Below are positions 29,606 to 39,752 of a stretch of 64,000 bases of DNA, piece after piece (within the stretch, counting starts at the first letter, position 1; each line of letters begins with the position of its first letter). Location of the stretch: positions 13,349 through 77,348 of the forward strand of contig CAYIFB010000004.1 in NCBI GenBank assembly GCA_964362665.1. The letters run 5' to 3'. Under the pieces are notes generated by a model. It saw nothing but the letters and a program-made list of their open reading frames with translations. It searched no databases and had not been told where the DNA came from. The position numbers were made by a program, and so were the translations under genes. The DNA is from an uncultured Gammaproteobacteria bacterium. GTDB lineage: Bacteria > Patescibacteriota > Microgenomatia > 2-02-FULL-39-11.

Positions 29606-30337
29606 AAAATAAACTTTTCCGAAGAGAAATAGAATTCCGATATAAAGACTAAATATTGCTGTTAAGGTACCTATTATTAGCCGTAAATTAGAATTTGTTT
29701 TTGTACTCAAATAACCGTAACTGATAATAATAGTGATTACTGAATTAGAAATCAATAATCCTAAAACAAATACAGCTACAAAGATGGCGCCCGTAAATCC
29801 ACCTCCAATACCGGCAGCCGTCACAAAAAGTAAAACCTGTGACGGAGTTTCTACTCCGATTCCGTGTATCATTCCTATCAAATAAGCCAATCTCAATCCA
29901 TAGGGATAATCATAATAAACTATTTCCTTTTTATGATGATGGCTGACTTTATTATGAAAAAATATATAAAATCGCTGAAGCAGTGAAAACAACATCATCC
30001 AACGGCTTTTCATTTTAAAATTCCTGCCGTGCAGATAAATGCTTACCAGAAGCCATAAACTGAGTAAGATTAAAGTTAGTCCGACTATCGGTTTCATCAC
30101 TCTATCCACCCAGCCTGGTAAATTTATACCGATAAGTACCGATAACAAACCTAAAACAATAATTACCGTCGCGTGTCCCAAAGCGTAAACTGATCCAAAA
30201 ATAATTCCTTGTCTTCTACTTTCACAAGATCCTGATATATCTGATATTGCCGCGATATGATCCCAATCAATTCCGTGACGAAGTCCCAACAAAAAACTTG
30301 ATGACAATAAAATTAAACTGGGTAAATTCAGGGGCAT
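29582..30337 (-). CDS. NicO-family (HoxN/UreH/RcnA-like) nickel/cobalt transporter
   Basis: LGLRHGIDWDHIAAI matches the HxxDxDHI signature; a second half-repeat has MIHGIGVETP. Confidence 0.55.
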   Translation of the reverse strand: MPLNLPSLILLSSSFLLGLRHGIDWDHIAAISDISGSCESRRQGIIFGSVYALGHATVIIVLGLLSVLIGINLPGWVDRVMKPIVGLTLILLSLWLLVSIYLHGRNFKMKSRWMMLFSLLQRFYIFFHNKVSHHHKKEIVYYDYPYGLRLAYLIGMIHGIGVETPSQVLLFVTAAGIGGGFTGAIFVAVFVLGLLISNSVITIIISYGYLSTKTNSNLRLIIGTLTAIFSLYIGILFLFGKVYFLSALLGG

Positions 30338-30359
30338 ATTTTAGATTTAATTATTAATA

Positions 30360-30620
30360 CTAGCGGCTTTTCTTTTTGAGAGGAGACTTTTTTATATCTT
30401 CGTTTTTGGTAAATTCACCATCCAATTCTTCATCTGGAGTGATCAGGATAGAAAATAATATAAAACCGGCAAATATCGGCATAATCAATGTGAATCGTGT
30501 CACTTCATCTTTTACTTTGAATAATATTCCTATCGCCAAAATTACTGAGACTACAAACGCCCAAACCATAGCTTTATTATTGCTGTAAAATTTAAGCCAC
30601 CATTTTTTCATATTATTCAT
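30360..30620 (-). CDS. Small membrane protein (86 aa)
   Basis: ORF with two hydrophobic helices. Confidence 0.35.
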   Translation of the reverse strand: MNNMKKWWLKFYSNNKAMVWAFVVSVILAIGILFKVKDEVTRFTLIMPIFAGFILFSILITPDEELDGEFTKNEDIKKSPLKKKSR

Positions 30621-30642
30621 ATCCTATGATAGTAATGTATAA

Positions 30643-31515
30643 TTGTCAAGATATATGAAAGCAGGATATGTAGCAATTATAGGCAGACCTAACAGCGGGA
30701 AGTCAACCCTTTTAAATAATATTCTGGGAAATAAAGTGTCGATCACCTCTCCTAAACCGCAGACAACCCGATTTTCAATTCAGGCTCTCTATGAAGACGA
30801 ACGGGGACAGATAATTTTTATCGATACCCCGGGTGTTTTTGGAAAAGTTAAAGATCCGGTGGCAGCCCGTATTAATCCCCAGACAGAACATACTTTAAAA
30901 TCGAAACCAAGCGTTATTGTTTATCTTGTTGATCATACCAGAGACCGGAATTTTGAGGAGAATAAAATTTTAGGCTTAGTCAGAAGAGTGGAAACCCGTA
31001 AAATTATGGCTGTTAATAAGATTGACGTCAAAAAACCCACCTTTTTCCCTCATTATAAATTTATGGAAGATGAGTTTGATGATGTCGTACAAATATCCGG
31101 GTTGAATAAAACTAATTTAAATCAACTATTGGAAAAGATTTTTATTCTATTGCCTGAAGGAGAAAAAATCATTACTGATGCTAATCCTGCTACTCCACTT
31201 CTAAATATGGACAGTAAGATGTTTATTTCAGAAATTATCAGGGAAAAAGCGTTTTTATTTTTACGTAAAGAAGTTCCATATACGCTAATGTGTATCGTTG
31301 ATGAAATTACATCTAAAAATGAAAAAACACTATACATCAAAGCACGGATTATCACTAACGACCAGAAATATAAAAGAATGATTATCGGCGAGAAAGGCAG
31401 GATGATTAAAGAAATTGGCATGGCCGCCAGAAAAGAATTACAGACAGCCACTAACAAAAGTATCTTTCTGGAGTTACTCGTAGAATCAAATCCTCACTGG
31501 CACGAAAGTTTATAA
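30643..31515 (+). CDS. era: GTPase Era
   Basis: GRPNSGKSTLLN, DTPG and NKID motifs, plus a C-terminal KH domain. An alternative start at 30655 is possible. Confidence 0.85.
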   Translation: MSRYMKAGYVAIIGRPNSGKSTLLNNILGNKVSITSPKPQTTRFSIQALYEDERGQIIFIDTPGVFGKVKDPVAARINPQTEHTLKSKPSVIVYLVDHTRDRNFEENKILGLVRRVETRKIMAVNKIDVKKPTFFPHYKFMEDEFDDVVQISGLNKTNLNQLLEKIFILLPEGEKIITDANPATPLLNMDSKMFISEIIREKAFLFLRKEVPYTLMCIVDEITSKNEKTLYIKARIITNDQKYKRMIIGEKGRMIKEIGMAARKELQTATNKSIFLELLVESNPHWHESL

Positions 31516-32106
31516 GGAAGAATAATTCATCAAGAAATCCCGGCATTTAAAAAGCGCTTTTGCTCTGTGACTTATTTTATTTTTTTCTGACAAAGTAAGT
31601 TGTGCGCTGGTTTTTTTAAATTCAGGAAGATAAAAGACAGGATCATAACCGAAACCATTATTACCCCTTGGTATTGTATTAATAAACCCTTTACAAATTC
31701 CTGTAGCGGAAAATAATAATCCATTATGCGGATGATAAATAACCGCGACCGCCACTAATTGGGCTGTTCTTTTATCCCAAATTACCCCTCTCATCTCTTC
31801 CAATAACTTTTTAACCCTGTCTGTATCTTCTCCTTCTGCATATCGTGCAGATTTTATTCCGGGTCGGCCATCCAAAGCATCCACCTCAAGACCTGAGTCT
31901 TCTGCTAATGTAAGTAAATTATGTTCTTCGGCATAACATTTAGCTTTGAGAATTGCATTATCCATGAAACTTTCTCCGGTTTCTTCAACAGGATTATGTG
32001 CTGGAAAATCATTGAGACTGAGGATTTGAAATGGAATATCTTTTAAAACCGCTATGATCTCTTTGGTTTTACCCTTATTTAAACTTGCAATCAACAGTTT
32101 TTGCAT
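31510..32106 (-). CDS. rdgB: Non-canonical purine NTP pyrophosphatase RdgB/HAM1
   Basis: SLNKGKTKE and FGYDPVF blocks, and SEKNKISHRAKA. Confidence 0.8.
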   Translation of the reverse strand: MQKLLIASLNKGKTKEIIAVLKDIPFQILSLNDFPAHNPVEETGESFMDNAILKAKCYAEEHNLLTLAEDSGLEVDALDGRPGIKSARYAEGEDTDRVKKLLEEMRGVIWDKRTAQLVAVAVIYHPHNGLLFSATGICKGFINTIPRGNNGFGYDPVFYLPEFKKTSAQLTLSEKNKISHRAKALFKCRDFLMNYSSL

Positions 32107-32108
32107 AA

Positions 32109-33521
32109 CTAAAGGATTTTTAACCGCCTTATTACTTCATCTTTACCCAATACTTCCATTGAATCATTAAGGGGAGGTGAAATTTTTTTACCGGTAATAG
32201 CGACTCTTAAAATCATAAAAAATTCGCTGTTTTTTATCTTTAATTCCTCCGCCAGATTTTGCATTGATTCTCCTATTTTTACCGCCTGCCAACTTTTTAA
32301 TTCCTGAAGTATTTCGGAAATTTTACTCATCAAGACACGTTTATCATCTAAATCAATTTCGTATATATCCGGAGGATGGAAAAAAAATTCGCAGAGAGGT
32401 AAATAATCAGAAAACTTCTTTATTCTTTCACGAATTAGCGGGATCGTTTTTTCAATTATATCTATCGGATATTTTTTATCGTAAAATTCCCAGATTTGAG
32501 ATTTAAGATTTGAGTTTTGACTTTTGCGAATATATTCTCCGTTCATCCAATCCAGTTTTTTAAGATCAAAACTAGGACCAACAGTTTTTACATCCTTTAA
32601 TTCAAAATATTGAATCATCTCATCTAATGTAAACACTTCTACATCATCAGTTTTACCCTGTCTCTTATCCGGGATTGACCAACCCATTAAAGCAAGATAG
32701 TTCAGGATAGCTTCGGGTAAATATCCCTGACTTTTATACCAGGAAGCCCAAACTGGGTTTTTTCTTTTAGATAATTTGCTGCGGTCAGGATTTCTCAAGA
32801 TTGGGGTGTGAGCAAAGACAGGCAATTCAAAACCTAAATATTTATATATCAGAATATGTTTGGGAGTGGAAGATAACCATTCTTCAGCTCTAATGACGTG
32901 TGATATTTTCATGATAAAATCATCCACCACTACAGCCAGATGATAGGTGGGAAAGCCGTCAGATTTCAAAAGTATTTGATCATCAATCAAACTATTTTGA
33001 AAACTTACCTTTCCCCGAATGAGATCATTAAACTCTGTCGTTCCTGTATCCGGAACGTTTAATCTGATCACATATTTTTGATCTTTTACCTTTGAGCTTT
33101 GATTTTTGTTATATTTGCATCTACCGTCGTAAAGAGTAGGTTTTTTTGCCGCGATTTGTTCATGCCGCATCTTTTCCAAATCGCTTGGCGTACAGTAACA
33201 ATAATAGGCATAGCCTTTCTTCACTAATTCTTCTGCGTATTGCTTGTATAGGTCAAGGCGTTCTGACTGGATATAAGGTCCGTAGGGACCACCGATATCG
33301 GGCCCTTCATCGTAATTTAAGCCAAACCAATTGAGAGTCTTTAATATCCTCTCCTGAGATCCTGGAATCAATCTCGTCTTATCTGTATCCTCAATTCTGA
33401 CAATGAATTTTCCCTTGTTTTTGCGTGCAAATACGAAATTAAGCAGAGCTGTATATACGTTTCCAATGTGTAAATCTTCCCCTGTAGGAGAAGGAGCAAT
33501 TCGTACTCTGACATTATTCAC
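32109..33521 (-). CDS. gltX: Glutamate--tRNA ligase
   Basis: RVRIAPSPTGEDLHIGN HIGH-type motif, KLSKRK KMSKS-type motif, and an anticodon-binding C-terminus. Confidence 0.9.
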   Translation of the reverse strand: MNNVRVRIAPSPTGEDLHIGNVYTALLNFVFARKNKGKFIVRIEDTDKTRLIPGSQERILKTLNWFGLNYDEGPDIGGPYGPYIQSERLDLYKQYAEELVKKGYAYYCYCTPSDLEKMRHEQIAAKKPTLYDGRCKYNKNQSSKVKDQKYVIRLNVPDTGTTEFNDLIRGKVSFQNSLIDDQILLKSDGFPTYHLAVVVDDFIMKISHVIRAEEWLSSTPKHILIYKYLGFELPVFAHTPILRNPDRSKLSKRKNPVWASWYKSQGYLPEAILNYLALMGWSIPDKRQGKTDDVEVFTLDEMIQYFELKDVKTVGPSFDLKKLDWMNGEYIRKSQNSNLKSQIWEFYDKKYPIDIIEKTIPLIRERIKKFSDYLPLCEFFFHPPDIYEIDLDDKRVLMSKISEILQELKSWQAVKIGESMQNLAEELKIKNSEFFMILRVAITGKKISPPLNDSMEVLGKDEVIRRLKIL

Positions 33522-33600
33522 ATTCGCTCCTGTCTATCGCTCAATGTAAACATATATTGATTCTATCATATGCTTTATTTTATACTAAATTAAAGAGTGG

Positions 33601-34686
33601 TTGACCATTCTTATAACGATTATGTCCAGCCTGACCGAAATTTCTATCTATTCCAAAAAAATATTTGCTTTTATAATCGGATTTTTACTTTTTATAATCT
33701 TGCTTCGGGGAATTACTTCAATATTAATTAAAAATTGGAAAGCATCTCATCCGACACCAATTCCGGGACCCGATGTCAAATTTGATAAACTTCCCTCTCC
33801 CCAATTCCCTTTTAAACTTTCAACGTCCGGAATGCATTTTACCTTAGAAAATATTGAAGGAAAACCGCCGGAAACAACCTCTGCTGCAAAAGTTTACTCA
33901 ATACCTAAAACCGTTCCAAGCTTTCTGTCGGATGAGAAAGCCCAGAAATTTGCGATGAAACTAGGATTCACCCTTAGCCCTGATGATATAAGTTCAACTT
34001 ATTATCATTATACTGATCCGATAGACAGTAATCGGACGCTTATTTTTGATATAGCTAATATGAATTTCAAGTTGAAATACGATTATTCAAAAAATCAGTC
34101 AAAGGTTTTTGATCAGGGATCTATTTTAAGTAAAGAAAGAACGATTTCCGAGGTTAAAAACTTCATCAGATACAATAATCTATTTGATGATGCAATCCTA
34201 AATGGAATTATCACCACAAATTTCTATAAATTAGATCCTATTCAAAATAAACTTGTTTCATCTACCAGTTTGTCAACTACACAAGCAGTACGGGTAAATT
34301 TTAACAGAAACGACTTAGATAAAATGCAGATTGTCTCTCCGATTTTTGGTGAAAGTTATAATTATGCTCTTTACACCTTTTCCTCACAAATAAAACCTCC
34401 AATAATTGAATTATCTTATGCGTTTTGGCCTATTGACTATAATAAATATGCAACCTATCCGCTGCGCTCAGGTCAACAAGCCTGGAAAGACTTAATCGAC
34501 GGTTACGCTCTGGTTTCTAAAATGGGAAATAATAAAAAGGAAGATAATATCATCATTCGTAAAATTTATCTAGCCTACTATGATAGTGAAGAGCCACAAG
34601 CCTTTCTCCAACCGATATTCATTTTTGAAGGGGATAATGATTTTGCGGCATACCTTCCCGCTATTTCGCCTCAATGGTTGGAATAA
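33601..34686 (+). CDS. Hypothetical membrane-anchored protein
   Basis: ORF with N-terminal TM segment; no recognised motifs. Confidence 0.4.
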   Translation: MTILITIMSSLTEISIYSKKIFAFIIGFLLFIILLRGITSILIKNWKASHPTPIPGPDVKFDKLPSPQFPFKLSTSGMHFTLENIEGKPPETTSAAKVYSIPKTVPSFLSDEKAQKFAMKLGFTLSPDDISSTYYHYTDPIDSNRTLIFDIANMNFKLKYDYSKNQSKVFDQGSILSKERTISEVKNFIRYNNLFDDAILNGIITTNFYKLDPIQNKLVSSTSLSTTQAVRVNFNRNDLDKMQIVSPIFGESYNYALYTFSSQIKPPIIELSYAFWPIDYNKYATYPLRSGQQAWKDLIDGYALVSKMGNNKKEDNIIIRKIYLAYYDSEEPQAFLQPIFIFEGDNDFAAYLPAISPQWLE

Positions 34687-35632
34687 GTTTATCTAAAGGA
34701 ACCCAATTATAATTAGTATAGATATAGTTAATCAATTTTTCAGTATCACCGAATCTATCTTTGCTTTTGAGTACGGCAAAAATTACTAAAGAATCATTCT
34801 TCTTCACCTCAGAAATTAGAATTTCGCCGGCATTTTCAGTCTGTCCTGTTTTTACCCCGGCCACTCCTGCAATTTTACCAAGCAATTCATTCACATTAAT
34901 CAGATCATGAAAATATGTATATGTCACATCAGACACTACAATTCTTTTGGTGCTGACGATTTTAGAAAATAGTTTATTGTTTAATGCATATAACGAGACC
35001 TTTACCAAGTCCTGTGCGGTGGAAAAGTGATTCTTATCATCAAAACCAGCCGGATTAGTAAAATGAGTATTGGTAAGGCCTAAATCCAATATCTTATTGT
35101 TCATTTTTTCGACAAACTTTGCTACTCCTCCCGGATAGTTCTCTGCTAAGGCGAGCGCAGCATCATTTGCAGAATGAATCAGCAACCCTTCAAGAAGTGC
35201 TTCAAAAGTAATTTTTTCTTTTTTGACCAGACCCATAATTCTTCCTTGAATATTATCTGACTGCACGATCAGAACATCATCAAGATTGTAATAATCCAGA
35301 GCAACAAGGGCTGTAACAATTTTGGTAGTTGATGCAGGTGAATATATCTCCCTTTCATTTTTAGAATATAAAGTAATTCCTGATGGAATATCTTTAATCA
35401 GTACAGCCTCTGCACTTATTAGTGGCAACTCGTTACTGGTAATTTTTACTGGAATTGGTGGCGGTTGCGGTAAACGATCATCTACGGGTAATGTTATTCC
35501 TTGAGCGAGATCTATGGGATGGGAATAGATATTTGATGAGGGGCTTAACAGCAAAAAAATTATTATCAATATAAACCATATAATTTTCCATTGATACTTA
35601 AAAATAGTGGGAATAAATTTATTTTTTGGCAT
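34661..35632 (-). CDS. D-alanyl-D-alanine carboxypeptidase (peptidase S11, PBP5/6-like)
   Basis: SxxK (SPASTTK), SxN (SAND) and KTG (KTGQT) motifs; signal peptide. Confidence 0.75.
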   Translation of the reverse strand: MPKNKFIPTIFKYQWKIIWFILIIIFLLLSPSSNIYSHPIDLAQGITLPVDDRLPQPPPIPVKITSNELPLISAEAVLIKDIPSGITLYSKNEREIYSPASTTKIVTALVALDYYNLDDVLIVQSDNIQGRIMGLVKKEKITFEALLEGLLIHSANDAALALAENYPGGVAKFVEKMNNKILDLGLTNTHFTNPAGFDDKNHFSTAQDLVKVSLYALNNKLFSKIVSTKRIVVSDVTYTYFHDLINVNELLGKIAGVAGVKTGQTENAGEILISEVKKNDSLVIFAVLKSKDRFGDTEKLINYIYTNYNWVPLDKLIPTIEAK

Positions 35633-37019
35633 TTATGACTCTTATTCCTAATTCATCAAGCTGTTGAGAACCGGCCATGCTCGGAGCCTCCATCACAGAG
35701 GTGGCGCCTGATGCTGATGTTGGAAAGGCCATAACTTCCCGGACGCTCGGTTCACCAAGAACTGCCATCAAAAATCTGTCAATCCCCGGAGCAATACCTC
35801 CGTGTGGCGGAACTCCATAGGTAAATGCTGTTAGCATATGAGAAAATTGTTTTTTTTGCTCAGTTGTAAACCCAATTAGATCAAAGACTTTCTCCTGAAT
35901 ATCGCTTTGGTGAATCCTGATACTGCCACCTCCCACTTCATAACCATTCAAGACTAAATCATGCTGTAAACCTCTTACCTTTAAAGGATCGCTGTCTAAA
36001 TATTTAATATCATCGGGGTGAGGCGCGGTAAACATATGATGGGACGGTGCAAACTTTGCATTGCCTGAACCGTGAAAAAAATCTTCTTTTGACTGTTTGG
36101 CAAATAACGGAAAATCCAATGTCCAGGCAAACGCCAGTTCATCAGGATCTTTTTTATCACTTCGAAGATCCGGCTTGTCTGAACCATATTTTTGTATGGC
36201 ATCTTTATGAGCCAGTCTGGGCCAAGGCAACTTTGTAAAATGTTTATTGGGAAAAACTTCAGCTATAAGAGTGGTGAATAATTCTTCAATTAGGATCAAA
36301 ATATCTTCCTGTGATACAAATGACATTTCCATATCAAGCTGCGTGAACTCTCCATATGCTCTATCAGCTCTGGGATCCTCATCACGAAAACATCTGACAA
36401 TTTGAAAATATCTTTCTACTCCCGCTACCATTAATAGTTGTTTATACTGTTGGGGAGACTGAGGTAAGGCATAAAATTTTCCTTTTTGTAGTCGTGATGG
36501 AACAATAAAGTCTCGTGCACCTTCGGGAGTAGTTTTGGTAAGCATGGGAGTTTCAATCTCTAAAAAATCTTTCTTCGTGAGAAAGTTCCGCATGAAAGTA
36601 GTTGTCTGTGAACGGAGTTGAAGATTTTTAAACATTCTACTGCGTCTGATATCTAAATAGCGGTATTTCATACGAACTTCTTCTTCAATATCATAACCGT
36701 CATTATCAATGGGAAAAGGCAATTCTTTGGATTTAGAAATTATTGTAAGTTTTAAAGTTTCTATTTCTACATTTCCGGTGGCTATTTTGGGGTTAACCAG
36801 TTTAGGAGGTCTCTCCTTAACTAATCCTTCAACTTCGATCACATCCTCTACACTTAATTGCGGAATTTCTCCGGTTATTACCAGCTGGATAGTGCCACTT
36901 CGATCTCTCAAATCAATAAAAGCAATTTTTCCGTGATCTCGTCTTTTATTAATCCAACCAAGAAGTAGTACTTTTTCTCCGATTTTTTTGATAGTTTCGA
37001 TGATAAGTGTTCTTTTCAT
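35619..37019 (-). CDS. aspS: Aspartate--tRNA ligase, short archaeal/eukaryal-type (no GAD insertion)
   Basis: N-terminal OB fold; class II motif 2 FRDED...RADR; GGGSIRIH; GIDRFLM. Confidence 0.8.
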   Translation of the reverse strand: MKRTLIIETIKKIGEKVLLLGWINKRRDHGKIAFIDLRDRSGTIQLVITGEIPQLSVEDVIEVEGLVKERPPKLVNPKIATGNVEIETLKLTIISKSKELPFPIDNDGYDIEEEVRMKYRYLDIRRSRMFKNLQLRSQTTTFMRNFLTKKDFLEIETPMLTKTTPEGARDFIVPSRLQKGKFYALPQSPQQYKQLLMVAGVERYFQIVRCFRDEDPRADRAYGEFTQLDMEMSFVSQEDILILIEELFTTLIAEVFPNKHFTKLPWPRLAHKDAIQKYGSDKPDLRSDKKDPDELAFAWTLDFPLFAKQSKEDFFHGSGNAKFAPSHHMFTAPHPDDIKYLDSDPLKVRGLQHDLVLNGYEVGGGSIRIHQSDIQEKVFDLIGFTTEQKKQFSHMLTAFTYGVPPHGGIAPGIDRFLMAVLGEPSVREVMAFPTSASGATSVMEAPSMAGSQQLDELGIRVINAKK

Positions 37020-37026
37020 ATCCGTT

Positions 37027-38220
37027 CTAATGATTATATTTTTCTAATGCCATACCTAACAGTCTTATAGCTCTTTGCAGCTTGTCTTCGCTCAAAACAT
37101 AAGCAATGCGGATTTTATCTTTACCTTTTTGCGGATCTTTATAAAAACCGGTTGCCGGCGCGATCATCACAGTTTCACCGTGATCGGAAAAATCACTAAG
37201 TAAAAATTCAGCAAATTTATCGCTATCCTTAACTGGGATTCGTGGCATAATATAAAAAGCCCCTTCGGGAATGACGAAAGAAACTCCCTTAATCTTACGA
37301 AGCTCCCCGACTACCATATCTCTCCTTTTTTTATAATTTTTTTTGACTTGTTCCGTATACTTACGGGAGTTAGATAATACCGGAATAAGAGCTAACTGGT
37401 CAACTGTCGCTACTGACAGCCTGGCTTGAGCAAAACGCATGATAGCACTCATCACCTCTTTATTCTTACTGGCTACACAGCCAATTCTGGCTCCGCAGGA
37501 ATTAAATCTTTTGGAAACGCTGTCGGTAATAATCAGTTGATTATGAAGTTTAGGTATAGACATAAAAGGAAGAACTTTCTTATCGTCAAAAACGATTTCC
37601 TGATAGGTTTCATCAGAGATAATGAAAAGATTGTGTTTCAGTGCAATATCAGCAATCATTTTTACCTCGTCAGGTGTATACATGGTGCCGGTTGGATTAT
37701 TAGGGTTGCAAAGTACTATCCCGCGGGTTTTTTTGCTTATTGCTTTTTCAATTACTGTTTTTGACGGAAGATGATAACCGTTTTCAACTTCCGTAGGCAG
37801 TGCTTTCAGAATAACATTGCCCATAGCAGCCATAATGGCATAACTGGTATAAAAAGGTTCAAAAACTAATAATTCTTCTCCCGGATCAGCTACCGTCAAG
37901 AATGCCATTATAAGTCCTTCTGATCCACCACTCGTTACAATAATTTCATTGTCATCAAATTTTACTGATTTATCGTGGTAAAATTTTTGCCAGGCGGCTA
38001 TTGTCTCATGCATTCCTTCAGATGGAGCATATTCCAGAGTATCGAGTGCAAATTTTCTTATCGCGTTAATGATCGGTTTGGGGGTTTCCAAATCCGGCTG
38101 TCCTATATTTAAATGGTAGACTTTTATACCTTTTTTCTTTGCTTTATCTGCCAGTGGAACCAGTTTCCTAATAGCTGAAGCTGGGCTGTTTAAGGCTCTA
38201 ACTGAAATATCAATTTTCAT
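37027..38220 (-). CDS. Class I pyridoxal-phosphate aminotransferase (aspartate aminotransferase-like)
   Basis: SKRFNSCGARIG PLP-lysine block; NPNNPTG. Confidence 0.75.
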   Translation of the reverse strand: MKIDISVRALNSPASAIRKLVPLADKAKKKGIKVYHLNIGQPDLETPKPIINAIRKFALDTLEYAPSEGMHETIAAWQKFYHDKSVKFDDNEIIVTSGGSEGLIMAFLTVADPGEELLVFEPFYTSYAIMAAMGNVILKALPTEVENGYHLPSKTVIEKAISKKTRGIVLCNPNNPTGTMYTPDEVKMIADIALKHNLFIISDETYQEIVFDDKKVLPFMSIPKLHNQLIITDSVSKRFNSCGARIGCVASKNKEVMSAIMRFAQARLSVATVDQLALIPVLSNSRKYTEQVKKNYKKRRDMVVGELRKIKGVSFVIPEGAFYIMPRIPVKDSDKFAEFLLSDFSDHGETVMIAPATGFYKDPQKGKDKIRIAYVLSEDKLQRAIRLLGMALEKYNH

Positions 38221-38249
38221 AATTGCCTCCTTGATAAAATTCTAATTAA

Positions 38250-39752
38250 TTAACCTAAACTCTTTCTTAGACTTCCTGCTAAAGAAATAAGATTAGTAGG
38301 ATTAGCTCTACTTTTTAATCTATTATAAATAGTCTCAGATAATTTGCAATGTTCTTTTTGAATATCGTCTTGAGGGCCAAGTGTAATCCCTAATATCTTT
38401 TCTATCTCCATCACATCCTCAAAAATATGCTTAAAGGCAGGTATATCAGAAGCAAGTCGCGCCAGATTATTTTTATTTAAAAAATTACCTGCTTTAATGA
38501 TGTCTTTTTTTAGGTTAACATAATATCGGAATATTTCTTCTGTCAGTCCGATTTCTTTTGCTTTTTTTAAACCTCTGCCTGTGGCAATAATTTCCGGAGG
38601 AATTCCTAAAGAATAAAGAGAGGCTGTGAAGGTAATCGCCCGGGGTAAATGTACTTTTCCCACTCCTCGGGAGTAACCAAAAAGACCGATATGTTGGACT
38701 CTTTCCCTTCTTTTTGCGACAAATAAACTCATTGAATTAATAAGAGGAGCTAATTTCTCAACTGTTTCTCTATATGGAATCTCAAAAAATGGAATTATTT
38801 CGAGAAGTTTCTTTTTAGTTCGTGTATCAATTTGATCTGCAACTCCTTTTGGTAATTTTTGTTTCAATACTTTTATAGCTGCCTGTACCTTCTTTTTGGG
38901 AAAATCATATCTGAATGCACTTTGTATAATCATTGTCTTAATTCCCCGATATTCATTCAGTACGTCTGGAATGTTAAGCGGAGACACCGATCCTCTGAAA
39001 GGAAGTGTCCCTGTACCAACCATAGGAAAAAGTCTAACACCTGTTTCGTTCTCTAAATCCCTGAATTGCGACAACGCTATTTTTAAAGCTAACATAGTGG
39101 GTACAAGTGACGAATTAAGCGCCGGATCGCTTCGGGCGCAATAAGGTCGCAGATAGTCCGGAAATTTTCCGAATTTGGCTTTATGAAGTTTAAAATACTC
39201 CCTTAAAATCTTTGAAGATCTGGTAATCACGTCCACCTGCTCGAAAAGGGGAATAATTTCGATGGATTTAATGGAATCATTCATCTTCAATAACCTATGT
39301 TCTATGCCGACAATTTCCCGGAAAGCTTCCTGAATATCAATGATTTCTTCAGCAGTTTCGGTCAAGGGAAGAATTGTTTCAAAAATTGGAGGATGTGTGA
39401 AACCCAAACTTTGTGCCAATTGACTACTGGTAATCATGACCATAAACGCTCTAGCCAATCTGAATTGTTTTTCCACGCGGGGATTAGGTATGCGAAAAGT
39501 CAGAAATTTTTCTATTCCCAAAGGATTTTTTTTGAAATAGTTGTAATATTTGCTGAGAAGTCTGTCAACCACTGCTTCATCAACAAATTTTCCCTCCCAA
39601 TCCCAGTTATATTCATCCATCTCAAGATCTGAAAAACAGAGATAACACTCTTTCAATTCCGCAAGTGTTGATATGAAGGCACTGCCCTGCCAAAAGGGTT
39701 TTCCCGCATTATCTGGATGCTGAGTTGCCATGGTTGTAGGAATTTTTCTCAT
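38250..39752 (-). CDS. ppcA: Archaeal-type phosphoenolpyruvate carboxylase (PpcA family)
   Basis: N-terminus MRKIPTTMATQHPDN. ARSDPAL, GTGTLPFRG, QSAFRYD and LPRAITFTASLYSLGIPPE match the blocks of the Clostridium/archaeal PEPC family. About 500 aa. Confidence 0.8.
   Translation of the reverse strand: MRKIPTTMATQHPDNAGKPFWQGSAFISTLAELKECYLCFSDLEMDEYNWDWEGKFVDEAVVDRLLSKYYNYFKKNPLGIEKFLTFRIPNPRVEKQFRLARAFMVMITSSQLAQSLGFTHPPIFETILPLTETAEEIIDIQEAFREIVGIEHRLLKMNDSIKSIEIIPLFEQVDVITRSSKILREYFKLHKAKFGKFPDYLRPYCARSDPALNSSLVPTMLALKIALSQFRDLENETGVRLFPMVGTGTLPFRGSVSPLNIPDVLNEYRGIKTMIIQSAFRYDFPKKKVQAAIKVLKQKLPKGVADQIDTRTKKKLLEIIPFFEIPYRETVEKLAPLINSMSLFVAKRRERVQHIGLFGYSRGVGKVHLPRAITFTASLYSLGIPPEIIATGRGLKKAKEIGLTEEIFRYYVNLKKDIIKAGNFLNKNNLARLASDIPAFKHIFEDVMEIEKILGITLGPQDDIQKEHCKLSETIYNRLKSRANPTNLISLAGSLRKSLG

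Noticed and set aside
33522-33600. Possible T-box upstream of gltX
   Set aside because: The intergenic region is only 79 bp and has no T-box core or terminator.
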